Assembly: GCA_951406725.2 (NCBI GenBank)
Contig: OX597829.1
Coordinates: 54,312,001-54,376,000, forward strand
Direction: 5' to 3'
DNA from: Octopus vulgaris
Lineage: Eukaryota
Length of the DNA stretch: 64,000 nucleotides
Made by a program: the position numbers and the translations under genes. This document shows, piece after piece, positions 50,016-63,555 of this stretch. The notes beneath the pieces were generated by a model. It saw only the letters and a program-made list of their open reading frames with translations. It was not told the DNA's origin and searched no databases. Within the stretch, counting starts at the first letter, position 1, and every line of letters starts with the position of its first letter.

Positions 50016-51977
50016 AAAATATCCTGTTGTTGATGTTGAAATTCTAATGAAGGAGCCTTGGATTTAGGTTAGAAACCGGTTCTTTCTCTATTGGCAAGAA
50101 ATCTTGAAATAAAACTGAATAAGGACATACATACATACATACATGCATACCTACATTTTCAGGAGGGTTCTGTTGTTTCCCTTTTCTCTGTCATTGTCCC
50201 AGAAGCAGCTATCATTCCCTTGGGAATCATAAGCTGCTTTGGGACTGGGTAATAAACTGCTTTTTTAATTGAATTAATTGGTGTCTGTTATATCCTTAAA
50301 ATGTTGGATTGTTATAATGCCCACCTCGGTATACAATATACTTAGTAAAACCAGTAAAGACATGACTATCTCTGACCGCCTACTACGTACTCGGGTACTT
50401 CATGTACTTCTCTTTACTTATAGTGACTAGGTTATTCCATTCATCATGCAGTAGGGGTGTACCATTATTACTAATTCCCTACGACAATGTCTCTAAGGTG
50501 GCAAAATCAATGGTTATTTATCTTAAAAAAGAATATCCATTACATTTCTCAAGAAGTCAAGATACTTTTGTATATTGAAAGAGAGCCTCTTCATGCCAAA
50601 TTGCTGGGAGGTGGAAGGGCGGGTAGAGGCTCCCTGTATTGAGTGCTACATAACTTTTGTAGCAGGGGGACTCCAATATCTTCCACATGCCTGGGGCAAT
50701 TGCCCTTTTCACTCCCTATAAATCCTGCCCTGCCTACAACTTTGGTTAAAATAGGTTGTTAATTGGTGAGAATTAATGGAGCTGACAAATCAATTCACAC
50801 GGATGATAAATATGTATCAAGGCTGTATTTTCAAGGGTAATTCAGATACATGTGTATCCAAAGTTACTGGGTTTGCTGTGTATATAAATATATTGCTTAT
50901 TTCCTTTGGGGTTAGTCAAACGACTTACACATCTTTGATGAAACACCAATAAGGGTTGAAAACCAATTATGGCTGATCATAATTTTTTTCAGTCTATGGA
51001 GAAATAGTTTTGAAGTCAACTATGTAGGTTTATACACACACACGCACGCACGCACGCACACACACACGCACGCACGCACACACGCATGCACACATGTATG
51101 CACACACGCATGCACACATGCACACACATACGCACACACACACACAGACATAAATTATGAAATGTCTTTTCAAAGAAAACGTTATAACTTTGAAGATATG
51201 TGACCCTATCCAGTGCAAATGGTTCCTTCTAACAACTGAAGTTGTTTTCTGCCATTAATCAACACAACCAGTCAATTTCAATTCCACCGAGTGATACGTC
51301 TTCACACGCCAACTATTTACAGTTAATTATTGTGATAAGATGAAAAAGCAATATCCATTCCTGCAGCATTTGAACTCTTGATCGTAACAAAGGTAATGAC
51401 ACATCATAAGACATTTTGTTACCAGCAATATTATTCATTCCCTTAATAACTTACAGATATTGTTTCTAATTTAGACACAAGGATAGCAAATTTCTGGCAA
51501 ATATTAAGCAAATTACATTGATTAAACTGGTAGTTTTTATTTTATTGGCTCCTGAACGATGAAAGATAACATTGAACTTGGCAGGATTTAAACTCAAAGC
51601 AAGAACAAATACCGTGAGATTTCTTTTTCTGATCCTTTGAAAATTCTTCAGGTCCATTGGTCTTAATTATAACTTACAGATAATGATATCTTGCAAACAA
51701 CTTGCACATGCAAGTGCTACCAGGTTTTATATTCTTAGGTTTTATCTATTTTTTCTGTCTTATATTATGACTCAAGTGGACTCCTTTACTTGGGGTTTTT
51801 GTCATCTGTATTAATTGTTTGCCAGTAAGTTTCTTTGGGAAGTATTCTCCATTAATCAATAGCAACAAGCAATCATAAAATCCTTAATATAATCCACTTG
51901 TTCTGTAAGTATTTTGCAGTATTTTAGGTGCAACCGTTAATGTTTTGTTAATAAATAAATAAATAAATAAATAAATG

Positions 51978-52666
51978 TTTTATCTTTTATCTTTTACTTC
52001 TTTGAGTCATTAGACTGTGGCCATGCTGGGGCACTGCCTTGAAGAAATTTTAGCTGAATGTATTGACCCCAGGACTTAGTTTATTTTTAAGCCTAAAGCT
52101 TACTCTATCAGAGTCTCTTGCTGAACTGCTGACTTACAGGGACATAAACACACCAACACCAATTGGCAAACGGTGGTGGGAACAAATACAGATGCAAAGA
52201 CACAGCAAAGGCCAACCAAAGCCTTGTGAGTGGATTTGGTAGACGGAAACTGAAAGAAGCCCGTTATATACATGTATATGTAAGTGTGTCTGTGTTTGTC
52301 CCCCTACCATCACTTGACAACCAATGTTGGTGTATTTATGCCTTGTAACTTAGTGGTTCGGCAAAAGAGACTGATAGAATGACTACTAGGCTTACAAAGA
52401 ATAAGTCCTAGGGTCGATTTGTCGACTAAAGGTGGTGGTTCAGCACAGCCTTAGTCAAATGACTGAAACAAGGAAAAGAATAAAAGAATATATATATATA
52501 TATGATGGGCTTCTTTCAGTTTCTGTCTACCAAATCCGCTCACAAGGGTTTTGTTGGTCCGAGGCTACAGTAGAAGACACTTGACCAAGATGCCATACAG
52601 TGAGACTGAACTCACATCCATGCAGTAGGGAAGTAAACTTCTTACGACACAGCCACACCTGTACCT
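51978..52666. mobile_element. Composite SINE A: a plus-strand partial copy (about 52205-52490) nested in a minus-strand copy
   Basis: Tail on minus at 51978, tail on plus at about 52490, head on minus at about 52666. Confidence 0.8.
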
Positions 52667-53214
52667 ATTAATAAAAAAAAATAAATAAATAAAATTAATA
52701 AAACAAAAAAAAATGATAACATTAAAACTCATTAAGTTTTATCTTGATTGATAAGGTACAATAACTTGCTGTTAATAGGACACTGACTCACATATTATAC
52801 ATCTAACCAGTGGACACTGCTGTTGGAATGCCTAAGAAGAGCAATCAATATAAACCATTTTGAATATTATTTTAACAAGTTTAAAGTAATTTCTTTTGTG
52901 CTATAAACAATTTGCCATTTCTGTGGTGCCTCACTTCTCTTGATGTGTGCGAAGCATGTACTTATTTTTCCAAATGGCTAATCTAGGTCCGGTGTTATTC
53001 AATACATTAAACCCAAAGGAAAGCATTTAATCTACAACTTGGGACCCTCTGATCTGCAGATATTTAATCTGAGTCTCAACTTATCATTCTGCCTTCTATC
53101 AACACTATCTTCAGCTCAATTGTAGAGTCTCTTACCTTTTAGTTCTTTCCATTGATAATTTTCTGTGTTTATATTGTATATGTGTATACACTGTGTATAT
53201 TATTATGTGATAAT

Positions 53215-53482
53215 GTCAAATGGAAATTGTAGTTGTGATACCTGTGCCGGGAACATGGCCGATGCCAGTGGCGCCTTGACTGGCTTCTGTGTCGGTGACA
53301 TGTAAAAAGCACCAACCGATCGTGGCCGCTGCCAGCCTCTCCTGACCCTTAGTTGGCATTAGGAAGGGCATCCAGCTGTAGAAACACTGCCAGATCAGAC
53401 TGGAGTCTGGTGCAGCCTTCTGGCTTCCCAGACCCCGGTTGAACCGTCCAACCTGTGCCAGCACGGAAAACGGACGTTAAAC

Positions 53483-53525
<43 letters not shown>
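53215..53525 (+). mobile_element. PHD-RTE LINE 3' end
   Basis: UTR units followed by ggacgttaaac(gat)n. Confidence 0.88.
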
Positions 53526-53527
<2 letters not shown>

Positions 53528-53874
53528 TGTATCCTACCATGTCTTTGTGTTTGTACCTATATTTGTATCTTTGAATGTGAGTATACGTATAAATGCGGAT
53601 ATATTTTTCAAGTCTATTTACTTGTATGTGCCAAGTAATTAAACTGTCCTTATTTATGAATATTTGTAGATGTTTCAAACCGGAAATAGTTTTTCTAGGG
53701 GTCACTAACCTTTGTTTTCCACATCACTTTCTGCTCTTCGCTTTCCTATCCTTAAACACATTTTTCTTTTGCCTTGCTCCAGACTTTCATTCTTTTTACC
53801 TTCCCTTTACCACTTTTAGCTTTCTCTTCCCAATCCATTGCCTCACTTCTCATACTCTCAAAGCTTCCTGTCGG

Positions 53875-54322
53875 CTGACCATTCCTTTGTTCCCTATTTC
53901 ACCTTCAAATCAGGCCTTCCTCAAGCTTCCTATTTCTTTGTCTGACCATTCTTTTGTTCCCTATTTCACCTTCAAATCAGGCCTTCCTCAAGCTTCCTAT
54001 TTCTTTGTCTGACCATTCTTTTGTTCCCTATTTCACCTTCAAATCAGGCCTTCCTCAAGCTTCCTATTTCTTTGTCTGACCATTCTTTTGTTCCCTATTT
54101 CACCTTCAAATCAGGCCTTCCTCAAGCTTCCTATTTCTTTGTCTGACCATTCTTTTGTTCCCTATTTCACCTTCAAATCAGGCCTTCCTCAAGCTTCCTA
54201 TTTCTTTGTCTGACCATTCCTTTGTTCCTTATTTCACCTTCAAATCACGCCTTCCTCAAGCTTCCTATTTCTTTGTCTGACCATTCCTTTGTTCCCTATT
54301 TCACCTTCAAATCACGCCTTCT
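53875..54322. repeat. 67-bp minisatellite, about 6.7 copies
   Basis: ctgaccattc starts at 53875, 53942, 54009, 54076, 54143, 54210 and 54277. Confidence 0.97.
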
Positions 54323-54425
54323 CTTTAACTTCTTATTAATTTATTTACTTACAGCCATTCACTCTCACCTTCTTTGTTAGATGAGAGCCAAGCATTCAAA
54401 ACGTTAAGTCATTCACATATTTCAT

Positions 54426-55025
54426 AGGCGCAGGAGTGGCTGTGTGGTAAGTAGCTTGCTAACAAACCACATGGTTCCAGGTGGCATCTTGGGCAAGTGT
54501 CTTCTGCTATGGCCCCGGGCCAACCAATGCCTTGTGAGTGGATTTGGTAGACAGAAACTGAAAGAAGCCTGTCGTATATATGTATATATATATATGTGTG
54601 TGTGTGTATGTTTGTGTGTCTGTGTTTGTCCCCCTAGCATTGCTTGACAACCAATGCTGGTGTGTTTACGGCCCCGTCACTTAGCGGTTCGGCAAAAGAG
54701 ACCGATAGAATAAGTACTGGGTTTACAAAGAAGAAGTCCCGGAGTCGATTTGCTCAACTAAAGGCGGTGCTCCAGCATACAAAAACATATGCACATACAT
54801 ACATAGACACACATGCATACATAAACTCACACACATATACATACATACATACATGCATACATATGAATACATACATTCACACACATACATTCATACATAC
54901 ATGATGGCTGCCCCCTCGTTCTCGAGTATGGCCATTGCACGAAGCTTAACTGTTATTGGTGCTGTTATTGGTGCTCCAGCATGGCCGCAGTCAAATGACT
55001 GAAACAAGTAAAAGAGTAAAAGAGT
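54426..55025 (+). mobile_element. SINE A with an about 190-bp insertion
   Basis: Full head and tail; insertion at 54779-54969 flanked by ggtgctccagcat. Confidence 0.9.
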
Positions 55026-55099
55026 CTGTAGAAGTTGGTCGGTGGGAACCAGTTTTGGCGAGAATACAAAGGTAATGAATGCTGCCCCAACGCTTGATT

Positions 55100-55810
55100 A
55101 ATTCCATATTTGCTCTAAAAAAGGCATTTTTGAAACAAATTGAAATTTACCTACAACTGGAAGTTGTCTTGTGTTTCTACTAAAGTAAGGAAGCAAGAAA
55201 CTTAAAGATGCCAATCTGTCTGTCTGCCTGCCTGTCTATCTGTTTAAGAAAGGAAGTGGCTTCTTACTTGCTGTTGTAAAATGCACCCTGAATTTTCAAT
55301 TTTGTTGTGATCTGGTGGTAATGGGAACCAGTCCAAGTGGTCCACTTCAATTTTGTGCTCTTCATATCAATTTTGAATGACATTAACTGTGCAAATAGGT
55401 GCTTTATTGTCCTGGAAGATTGTACCATCCTCAGGGATGAACATAATCAACTAAAAACCTTAGCATTAACTCTTCCCTGTAGAGCAACTAAAGGACCGAG
55501 AGAAGAATTCTGTGATATGGCAGGCCAAATTATTACAGAATCACCTTTATACTTCATGGTAGGAGGTCAAAGTTGAAGGCTTCATGGGGCTGTCTCCAGA
55601 CAAACCCTCCATGATGTAAGAAAAAGGGTTACAGATGATTCATCAGAGACGACATTGTTCCATTGAGCCACTGACCCCTACTGGTTGTGTAGACACTATT
55701 CTTCCTGTTTATCAATGTTCATGGGCATGTTGATGTGTTCCCATGGTATCTGGCTTTATGGAACTCGTGATGAACGGTTTTAGTTGACACAGGGTGTGTA
55801 AAGTAGTGAT
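55100..55810 (-). pseudogene. Decayed Tc1-like transposase
   Basis: WNNVVSDESS, VWRQPHEAFN, DSVIIWPAIS, LGPLVALQGRVNA and IFQDNKAP motifs. Confidence 0.75.
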
Positions 55811-56197
55811 TTAGCTCTGCACTCTGCAGTACCAACATGATTCTAGACAGTGTATCCTTTGAAACATTAAACTACCAAATAATTTTAGAGACTGAAACTC
55901 CAGCCATCTATGCTCCAACAATTTGTATTCTTTGGAGATTATGTAGGTCACACATTTTAACTTATTTAGATATAAATATCTGAAGGAAAATAAAAACAAA
56001 AAAAAACAGAGGGCTGTATCGTTACATTGTGGAGTACAAAACATACATAATGCATATGAATACATACATACATACAAAAACATATGCACATACATACATA
56101 GACACACATGCATACATACACTCACACACATATACATACATACATACATGCATACATATGAATACATACATTCACACACATATACATTCATACATAC

Positions 56198-59100
56198 ATG
56201 ATGGCTGCCCCCTCGTTATCGAGTATGGCCATTGCACGAAGCTTAACTGTTATTGATGCTGTGATCGAATGTGACTTTTTAGCCCAGCTAAAGATCTACA
56301 GTGTCTTGTACACATTTGGCAGCTAAAACCTTTACCAGTAATAGCCGGCTGTAGTTGTAACTGGGCTTAATGTACCTTTGCATGTCGTTTAAGTCCTCCT
56401 GCCGAATTACACTCTCTTCCACATGCCTGACAGATATGATTAGTATGGTGTATTACACCACCACCAGTGGCCAGGTTGTCACTCATCTGTCTCGCTTTAT
56501 GACTACGAAGATGACTCTTGAGTTCAGCTTTACTGAGGCAGGGTCTTGCACAGACACTGCATATCAGCGTCATAGGAAGACCCTTCCCATATGGAAGTGT
56601 AACAGCAATGCCCTTCCTGACATCCCTCCTTACTTTCTCATGTGCAACTCGAGATTTCTCAAAAGTAGCTGTCCCCTCATACACAATCTTTCTCCACCTG
56701 CTACGATCAATAGCTATGCCTTCCCATGTGTCAGGAGGGATGCAAGCATCTCTTAAAGAAGCCTTCAGCAAGTCCTTATACCTCTTTTTTGGTTTATGTG
56801 GAGGTCGTTCTCCTTTAGCTAACTCTCCATAAAAGACTTGTTTTGGCATCCTTGAATCCTTCATTCTGACCAGATGACCACTCCATCTGAGCCTTTGCTT
56901 TAATACAAGAGCTTCTATACTTTCACACCGAGAGCCTTCTAATATTTCAAGATCACTGATGCGGTCCTTCCACTTAATGCCATAGATCCGTCTGAGGCAC
57001 ATCTGATGGAAACGTTCCAGATGTTTAAGGTGGTATCGATATGTGACCCACGTCTTGCAGGCATAGAGAAGAGAAGTGAGCACACATGCCTTGTACACCT
57101 TTATCTTTGTCTTTCTGCATATGTTTCGCCGACTCCAGAGGCGCCTTTCTAGCCTTTCGAAAGCATCACTTGGTTTCCTAATTCTGTATGGAATTTCATC
57201 ATTCAAATTGCTACATCTATTAACAGTGCTTCCCAGGTAGACAAACTGATCAACTACATCAAGTCATTTACCATACACATAGATATTTGGTACACTATAC
57301 TGCTTACCAGGGGCAGGTTGGTACATGACAACTGTTTTCGTGAGACTGACTGTCAATCCTAAGGCAGTGCAAGCATCAGAGAATGCATTCAAAATGTGTT
57401 GCATATCAATCGCTGTGTGCGCTACTAGATCACAATCATCTGCATACAAAGGGTCTCTTATGATAGAGGTAAATACCTTTGTTTTTGCAGCAAAGCGCCT
57501 GATATTAAATATGCTGCCAGGGGTTTGATAATGGATGTAAACACCATATCTGCAGTTCCTGAATGCAATACAGAAAACAATCGCAAAATATATGGCAAAT
57601 AGGGTCGATACCAGAATATCCCTCTGTTTCACTCCATTTTATATTGAAATGGGCTCCGACATTTTCCCTCTAACATTAACCCTACTCTTCATGTCTTCAT
57701 GAAAAGACCTAACCAAAGCAAGGAACTCTTCAGGACACCCAAGTTACTGGAGGACTTTCCACAATGCTTTTCTATTAATGGTATCAAAGGCTTTCATCAG
57801 ATCGACAAAAACCTGATACAAGTCCAGACCCTGTCCCACACACTTCTCCTGAAGCTGTCTAGCTGAAAAGATCATATCAGCAGTGTCACATCCCACATGA
57901 AAGCCAGATTGACTTTCTGGAAGAACACAATCTGCAACGTGTTTCAGCAGATGATCCAGAAGTACCCTGCATAAAACCTTTCCTATGACAGAAAGCAATG
58001 ATACTCCCCTATAATTACCACAATCATTCCTGTTGCCCTTTTCCTAATATCAGACCACCATTACTGTATCTCTCCAGTCCTCAGGTACAGATTCACTAGT
58101 CCATATCTTACCAAACAAAGAGTGAAGTTGCTGCAGAAGTTTCTCACCACCATGCTGTAACAACTCCGCATGTATGCCATCCATACCCGGAGATTTCCCA
58201 TTATTCATCCTTGAGACAGCCATTGCAACTTCCTTCAGCTTTGGTGGTTCTGCGAGTGCTGCCTTCACGGGTAATCCAAGGATGAGATTGAGAACGTCCT
58301 CACTAACTACAGACTGCTGATTCAAAAGTTCATCAAAGTGTTCTTGCCACCTTCGCAGAATTCCTTGTGAATCATGAAGAAGTTCTTTACCATCCCTGCT
58401 TCGAAGTGGTGTCATCAGAGAAGATGTTGGTCCATAAACTTCTTGCAAGAGACCATACAACAGCTTTGTGTTACTGGAATCTGATGCCGCCTGTATCTCA
58501 TCAGCCTTCTTACTCCACCACATATCCCTCATCTGAGAGAGCCTTTGCCTCACACGTGATTTTACGTCCTTGAGTTCCCTATGCAACACTTCCCTTTCCT
58601 GTGGCTTTGCTGACAAATAGTGTGACAAAGTACATCTTTTATCAGCCAATAAATCATCTATATGTTCATCATTTTCTTTAAACCAATTTTGAAGCTTTCT
58701 TTGTATCAATCCCAGAACTTTCTTGCCTATATCATAAACTGACTTTTTAAGGGTTGGCCAATCCTCCCCAATATCTGCAGCATTCATCTCCTCTCATAAA
58801 GTTCTCTTCACACTATTACACCTAAGACGATCAACATTCAGTCTTTTAGGCAGGGTAATCCCTGCAGTCCGGATTTTATGTTTTGTGACTAATTTCACTT
58901 TCACAAGTACTAGGCGGTGGTCAGTCCAACACCCAGCTCCACGAAGAACATGAACACACTGCACATCCTGCCTCTCATGCACCCTAACAAGGATGTAATC
59001 CAGAATATGCCATTCTTTAGATGCAGAGTGCATCCATGTAGTCTTAAACTTATTCTTTTGTTGAAACACGGTATTAGTAACACAGACACAGCTCCTCGCA

Positions 59101-60140
59101 TTTCTGCAGCAAAAGCATGCCATTACTATTACACTTTCCCACCCCATTCTTTCCAATTACAGTCCATTTGTTAAAATCCCTACCCACTCTAGCATTAAAG
59201 TCACCCAGTACGATAACTTTGTTTGCCCGAGGGATAGTTCTTATAATGCCCTTCAAAGCATGGTAGAAAGAAAGTTTTTCGTCATCAGTATAGCACATAG
59301 TTGGAGCATACACACTCACCAAGGTCACTTAATTTCCTTTAACCAAAGGAATTCTCATGGACATAAGACGCTCGTTAATTCCGACTGGGAATTCTTCCAA
59401 CTTGTCCACAAGAGTAGTCTTAACAGCAAATGCCACTCCAGCTTCTCCTCTAAACTCATCTCTCCCTTTCCAAAAGAATGTATATTTTCCACAAGATTCT
59501 GTAAGATGACCATCTCCAGGTTGTCTTGTCTCAGATAAAGCAACGATGTCAAGATCATAGCGTTGAAGCTCCTTCGCAACAAGCGCAGTCCTTCTTTCAG
59601 GACATTCAGAGGACTTGCGGTCAAGCAGTGTCCGTACATTTCAACAGCCAATATTCAATATTTTATTTGGTTCTATCACAGTAGCATGATGATGGCTGGG
59701 TTCAGACTGTGATGCTCTGGAGCCCCTGCCAGGCCAAACTATTTCATCTGATGTGGTTCCAGAGTCCTTACTGCCATTCATTTTTATACTGTTTTGGTAC
59801 ATCATTGAATTTTTTTGCTTTTTAAGGCTACAGCCAGCCATTCAGTTGAGACTCACAACGATCATGAATTAGTTAATCAATTTAATCAATCAATCAATGT
59901 TGTTATCATGCAATGCCTGTGCAAGTAGATTTTTTTTATAGTGAGGATAGGCTGTGCACTGAGTCAATCCCACTCACTAAGCAACAGCAGCCATAATCCG
60001 AAAAGAAGAACAAGTCAACATCATCGGTAATCAATGAGCTGCAAGTTTTATGTTGGAGTTATCCCAGTTACCTGAGTTGCCTTCTCCTAGAAGGATGCCC
60101 TAACAAAGGCTAGGAGTCCTTCACTCCCAATGGTTTAACC
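56198..60140 (-). mobile_element. Near-full-length decayed BovB-like RTE LINE (APE endonuclease, RT and two C2H2 fingers)
   Basis: NIGC*NVRTL, SVYAPT, VLGDFNARVG, LDYIL, TDHRLV, GKSPGMDGI, ESQSGF, DLMKAFD, LYADD, LLYACKTW, LRWSGH, CSVCARPCLSKAELKSHLRSH and CQACGRECNSAGGLKRHAKVH; many stops and frameshifts. Confidence 0.93.
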
Positions 60141-60741
60141 GCGCGATCGAGTATTCAGTCCGATTATTTCTATGTCCCCACGTATGATACAGCCTGAAAA
60201 AAAAAAAGAAACATACGATATATATATATAAAAAAAAACATTGATATACAAAATATACATAAAATATATGATGCGAAGTATATAAAAATTTAATAATGAG
60301 CAAGCTATAAAAATATACAATATATAAAAATTAGTGAGAAAAAGGCAGATATACAGTAAATATATAATTACACATTTATTGGATGGCTGTTGACTCTCAA
60401 GAGTTCCTTCACCCTTTGACGGGTTTTGTTTTTCATCCTGCAGGGTGTGCAATAAACATCTTCCTCACCAAGCGAGCTTGGTGGGGTTGCCGGTTTAGTC
60501 ACTGACGGCCCAACCATGCAACAGGTTGTACTGGGTTACATGTTACCAGTAGCATTCAAAAGCGACCTGACACTACATTCATACATACATACATGCATAC
60601 ATACATACATACAATAACAGTTTTGAAATTTGTCGTATTGACAATAAACAAAACATAGTTAAATAAAAAGTGGTGTTTCCACTATTTTGCCCAACCCCTA
60701 CATCTATCTATCTGTTTGTCTGTCCCATCTGTCTATATATA

Positions 60742-60810
<69 letters not shown>

Positions 60811-60817
60811 ATATATA

Positions 60818-60872
<55 letters not shown>

Positions 60873-60894
60873 ATGCATGTATGTATGTATATCT

Positions 60895-61011
60895 AGCTGT
60901 AGAAACACTGCTAGATCTGACTGGCCTGGTGCAGCCTTCGGGCTTCCCAGACCCCAGTTGAACCGTCCAACCCATGCTAGCATGGAAAGCGGACGTTAAA
61001 TGATGATGATG

Positions 61012-61046
<35 letters not shown>

Positions 61047-61096
61047 TACATATGTACATACATACATACATCATACATACATACATACATGCAGTC

Positions 61097-61138
<42 letters not shown>

Positions 61139-61165
61139 GCATACATATATATATATATATATATG

Positions 61166-61207
<42 letters not shown>

Positions 61208-61719
61208 CGGGGTGCAAAGAGCACCATACGAGTGTGATCATTGACAAACCGGCTAACCGGCTTCCATGCCAGTGGTACTTAAAAGGCACCATTCGAGCGT
61301 GATCGTTACCAGCGTCGCACTACTGGCACTCGAGCCTTGTGCTAGTAGGGTATTAAGAGTACCATCTGAGCGTGATCATTGCCAGAGCAGCTATATGGCC
61401 TCCGTGCTGGTGGCACGTAAAAAACACCATTCGAGCAGGATCATTACCAACGTCACTTCACTGGCACCTGTGCTGGTGGCACGTGTAAAAAGATTCGGGC
61501 GAGGTCGTTGCCAGTGCCACCTGACTGGCCCCGTGCTGGTGGCACGTAAAAGCACCCACCACATTCTCGGAGTAGTTGGTATTAGGAAGGGCATCCCGCT
61601 GTAGAAACTGTCAGATCAGATTGGAGCTTGGTGCAGCCATCTGGTTTGCCAGACCTCAGTCAAAATCGTTCAACCCATGCTAGCATGGAAAGCGGACGTT
61701 AAATGAGGATGATGATGAT
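60895..61719 (+). mobile_element. Two PHD-RTE LINE 3' ends (60895-61012; 61206-61719) separated by microsatellite
   Basis: Each ends ccatgctagcatggaaagcggacgttaaa(tga)n. Confidence 0.88.
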
Positions 61720-61721
61720 AT

Positions 61722-61779
<58 letters not shown>

Positions 61780-61942
61780 GAGGGGTTACTACATGTGTTT
61801 GTGTCTCTTTCCTGCCTCTGCTTCTCCTTTTCCCTTTCTACCAAATCACTTGGCTTTCTCCCTCTCTTTTAAACTTTTCTCCTATTTTGCTTTTGTTGTT
61901 CTTTTATTTCTCAATTTTATTTGTTTATTTATTTATTTATCA

Positions 61943-62307
61943 TTATCTTTTACTTATTTCAGTCATTAGACTTTGGCCATGCTTGGGCATTCTCCTTGAG
62001 GAATTTTGAATGAACCAATCGACCTCATTACTCACTTCTTTTAAGCCTGGTATGCATTCTGTCAGTCTCTTTTGCTGAACTGCTAAGTTACGAGGAAATA
62101 AACACACCAGCATTAGTTGTGAAATGTTAGGGAACCAAGACACACATGCATGTATAGGCCAGGCTTCTTTCAGTTTCCATCTGCCAAATACACTTACAAG
62201 ACTTTGGTTAGCCCAAGGCTAAAGTAGAAGACACTTGCTCAAGATACCATGCAGTGGGACTGAACCCCAAACCCTATGGCTGGGAAGAAAACTTCTTATC
62301 ACAACCA
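61943..62307 (-). mobile_element. SINE A (diverged)
   Basis: Homologous to 41040-41466. Confidence 0.8.
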
Positions 62308-62577
62308 TTTATTTATTTATTTATTTATTTATTTAATCTTTAATTTATCTTTCTTTTCTTTTATTTGCTTCAGTCATTTGACAGTGGCCATGCTGGGGCA
62401 TCGCCTTTAGTTGAGCAAATCGACCCCTGGACTTATTCTTTGTAAGCCTAGTGCTTATTCTATCGATCTCTTTTGCCAAACCGCTAAGTTATGGGGATGT
62501 AAACACACCAGCATCAGTTGTTAAGTGATGTTGGGGGAACAAACACAGACACATGAACACATACATACATACATACA

Positions 62578-62960
62578 GTGGAAGCACTCCGTCGGTTACG
62601 ACGACGAGGGTTCCAGTTGATCCGAATCAACGGAACAGCCTGCTCGTGAAATTAACGTGTAAGTGGCTGAGCACTCCACAGACACGTGCACCCTTAACGT
62701 AGTTCTCGGGGATATTCAGCGTGACACAGAGAGTGACAAGGCCGGCCCTTTGAAATACAGGTACAACAGAAACAGGAAGTAAGAGTGAGAGAAAGTTGTG
62801 AAAGAGTACAGCAGGGATCACCACCATCCCCTGCCGGAGCCTCGTGGAGCTTTAGCTGTTTTCGCTCAATAAACACTCACAGCGCCCGGTCTGGGAATCG
62901 AAACCGCGATCCTATGATCGCGAGTCCGCTGCCCTAACCACTGGGCCATTGCGCCTCCAC
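62578..62960 (-). mobile_element. tRNA-Arg-like SINE, family B (young) in (CATA)n
   Basis: Minus strand ggcgcaatggcccagtggttagggcagcggacTCGcga...ggtttcgattccc (A box, B box, TCG in the anticodon-like position). Confidence 0.85.
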
Positions 62961-62977
62961 ATACATACATACATACA

Positions 62978-63022
<45 letters not shown>

Positions 63023-63023
<1 letters not shown>

Positions 63024-63224
63024 AAGGAAATGAAGAAAATGCTGACAAATAATTGAAGTAATTTAAGTAATTTAACTAGGTGAAAGTTCTTTTTACCGGT
63101 TGCGCATTTGTTATGCTTATCAAAATATAAGCATAACAAATGCGCAACCGGTAAAAAGAACTTTCACCTAGTTAAATTACTTAAATTACTTCAATTATTT
63201 GTCAGCATTTTCTTCATTTCCTTT
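63023..63224. repeat. Perfect palindrome: 98-bp arms with a 6-nt spacer
   Basis: 63023-63120 is the exact reverse complement of 63127-63224; spacer caaaat; (TA)n flanks. Confidence 0.97.
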
Positions 63225-63261
63225 TTATATATCACCACTCGTGTTCGACATCTCCTTTTTT

Positions 63262-63301
<40 letters not shown>

Positions 63302-63338
63302 ATATATATATACACATATATATATATATGTATGTATA

Positions 63339-63412
<74 letters not shown>

Positions 63413-63515
63413 TATACATATATATATATATTAAACGGCGGTGCATCAGCATGGCCACAGCTCTGAGCTGAAACTAGAGAAAAAAAGAACGTATGTATGT
63501 ATGTATGTTTGTATG

Positions 63516-63555
<40 letters not shown>

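Noticed and set aside
47653-50067. 804-aa HTYI-repeat ORF and overlapping MYVC ORFs
   Set aside because: Translation of (CATA)n, which lacks stops in every frame; no unique coding flanks.
50930-50975. Second hammerhead (TTGATGA..gggttGAAA)
   Set aside because: The core C is missing, and there is no convincing stem III or cleavage triplet.
62880-62960. Functional tRNA-Arg gene
   Set aside because: The tRNA-like head runs into a SINE body shared with 23085-23395, and there is no clean acceptor stem or terminator.
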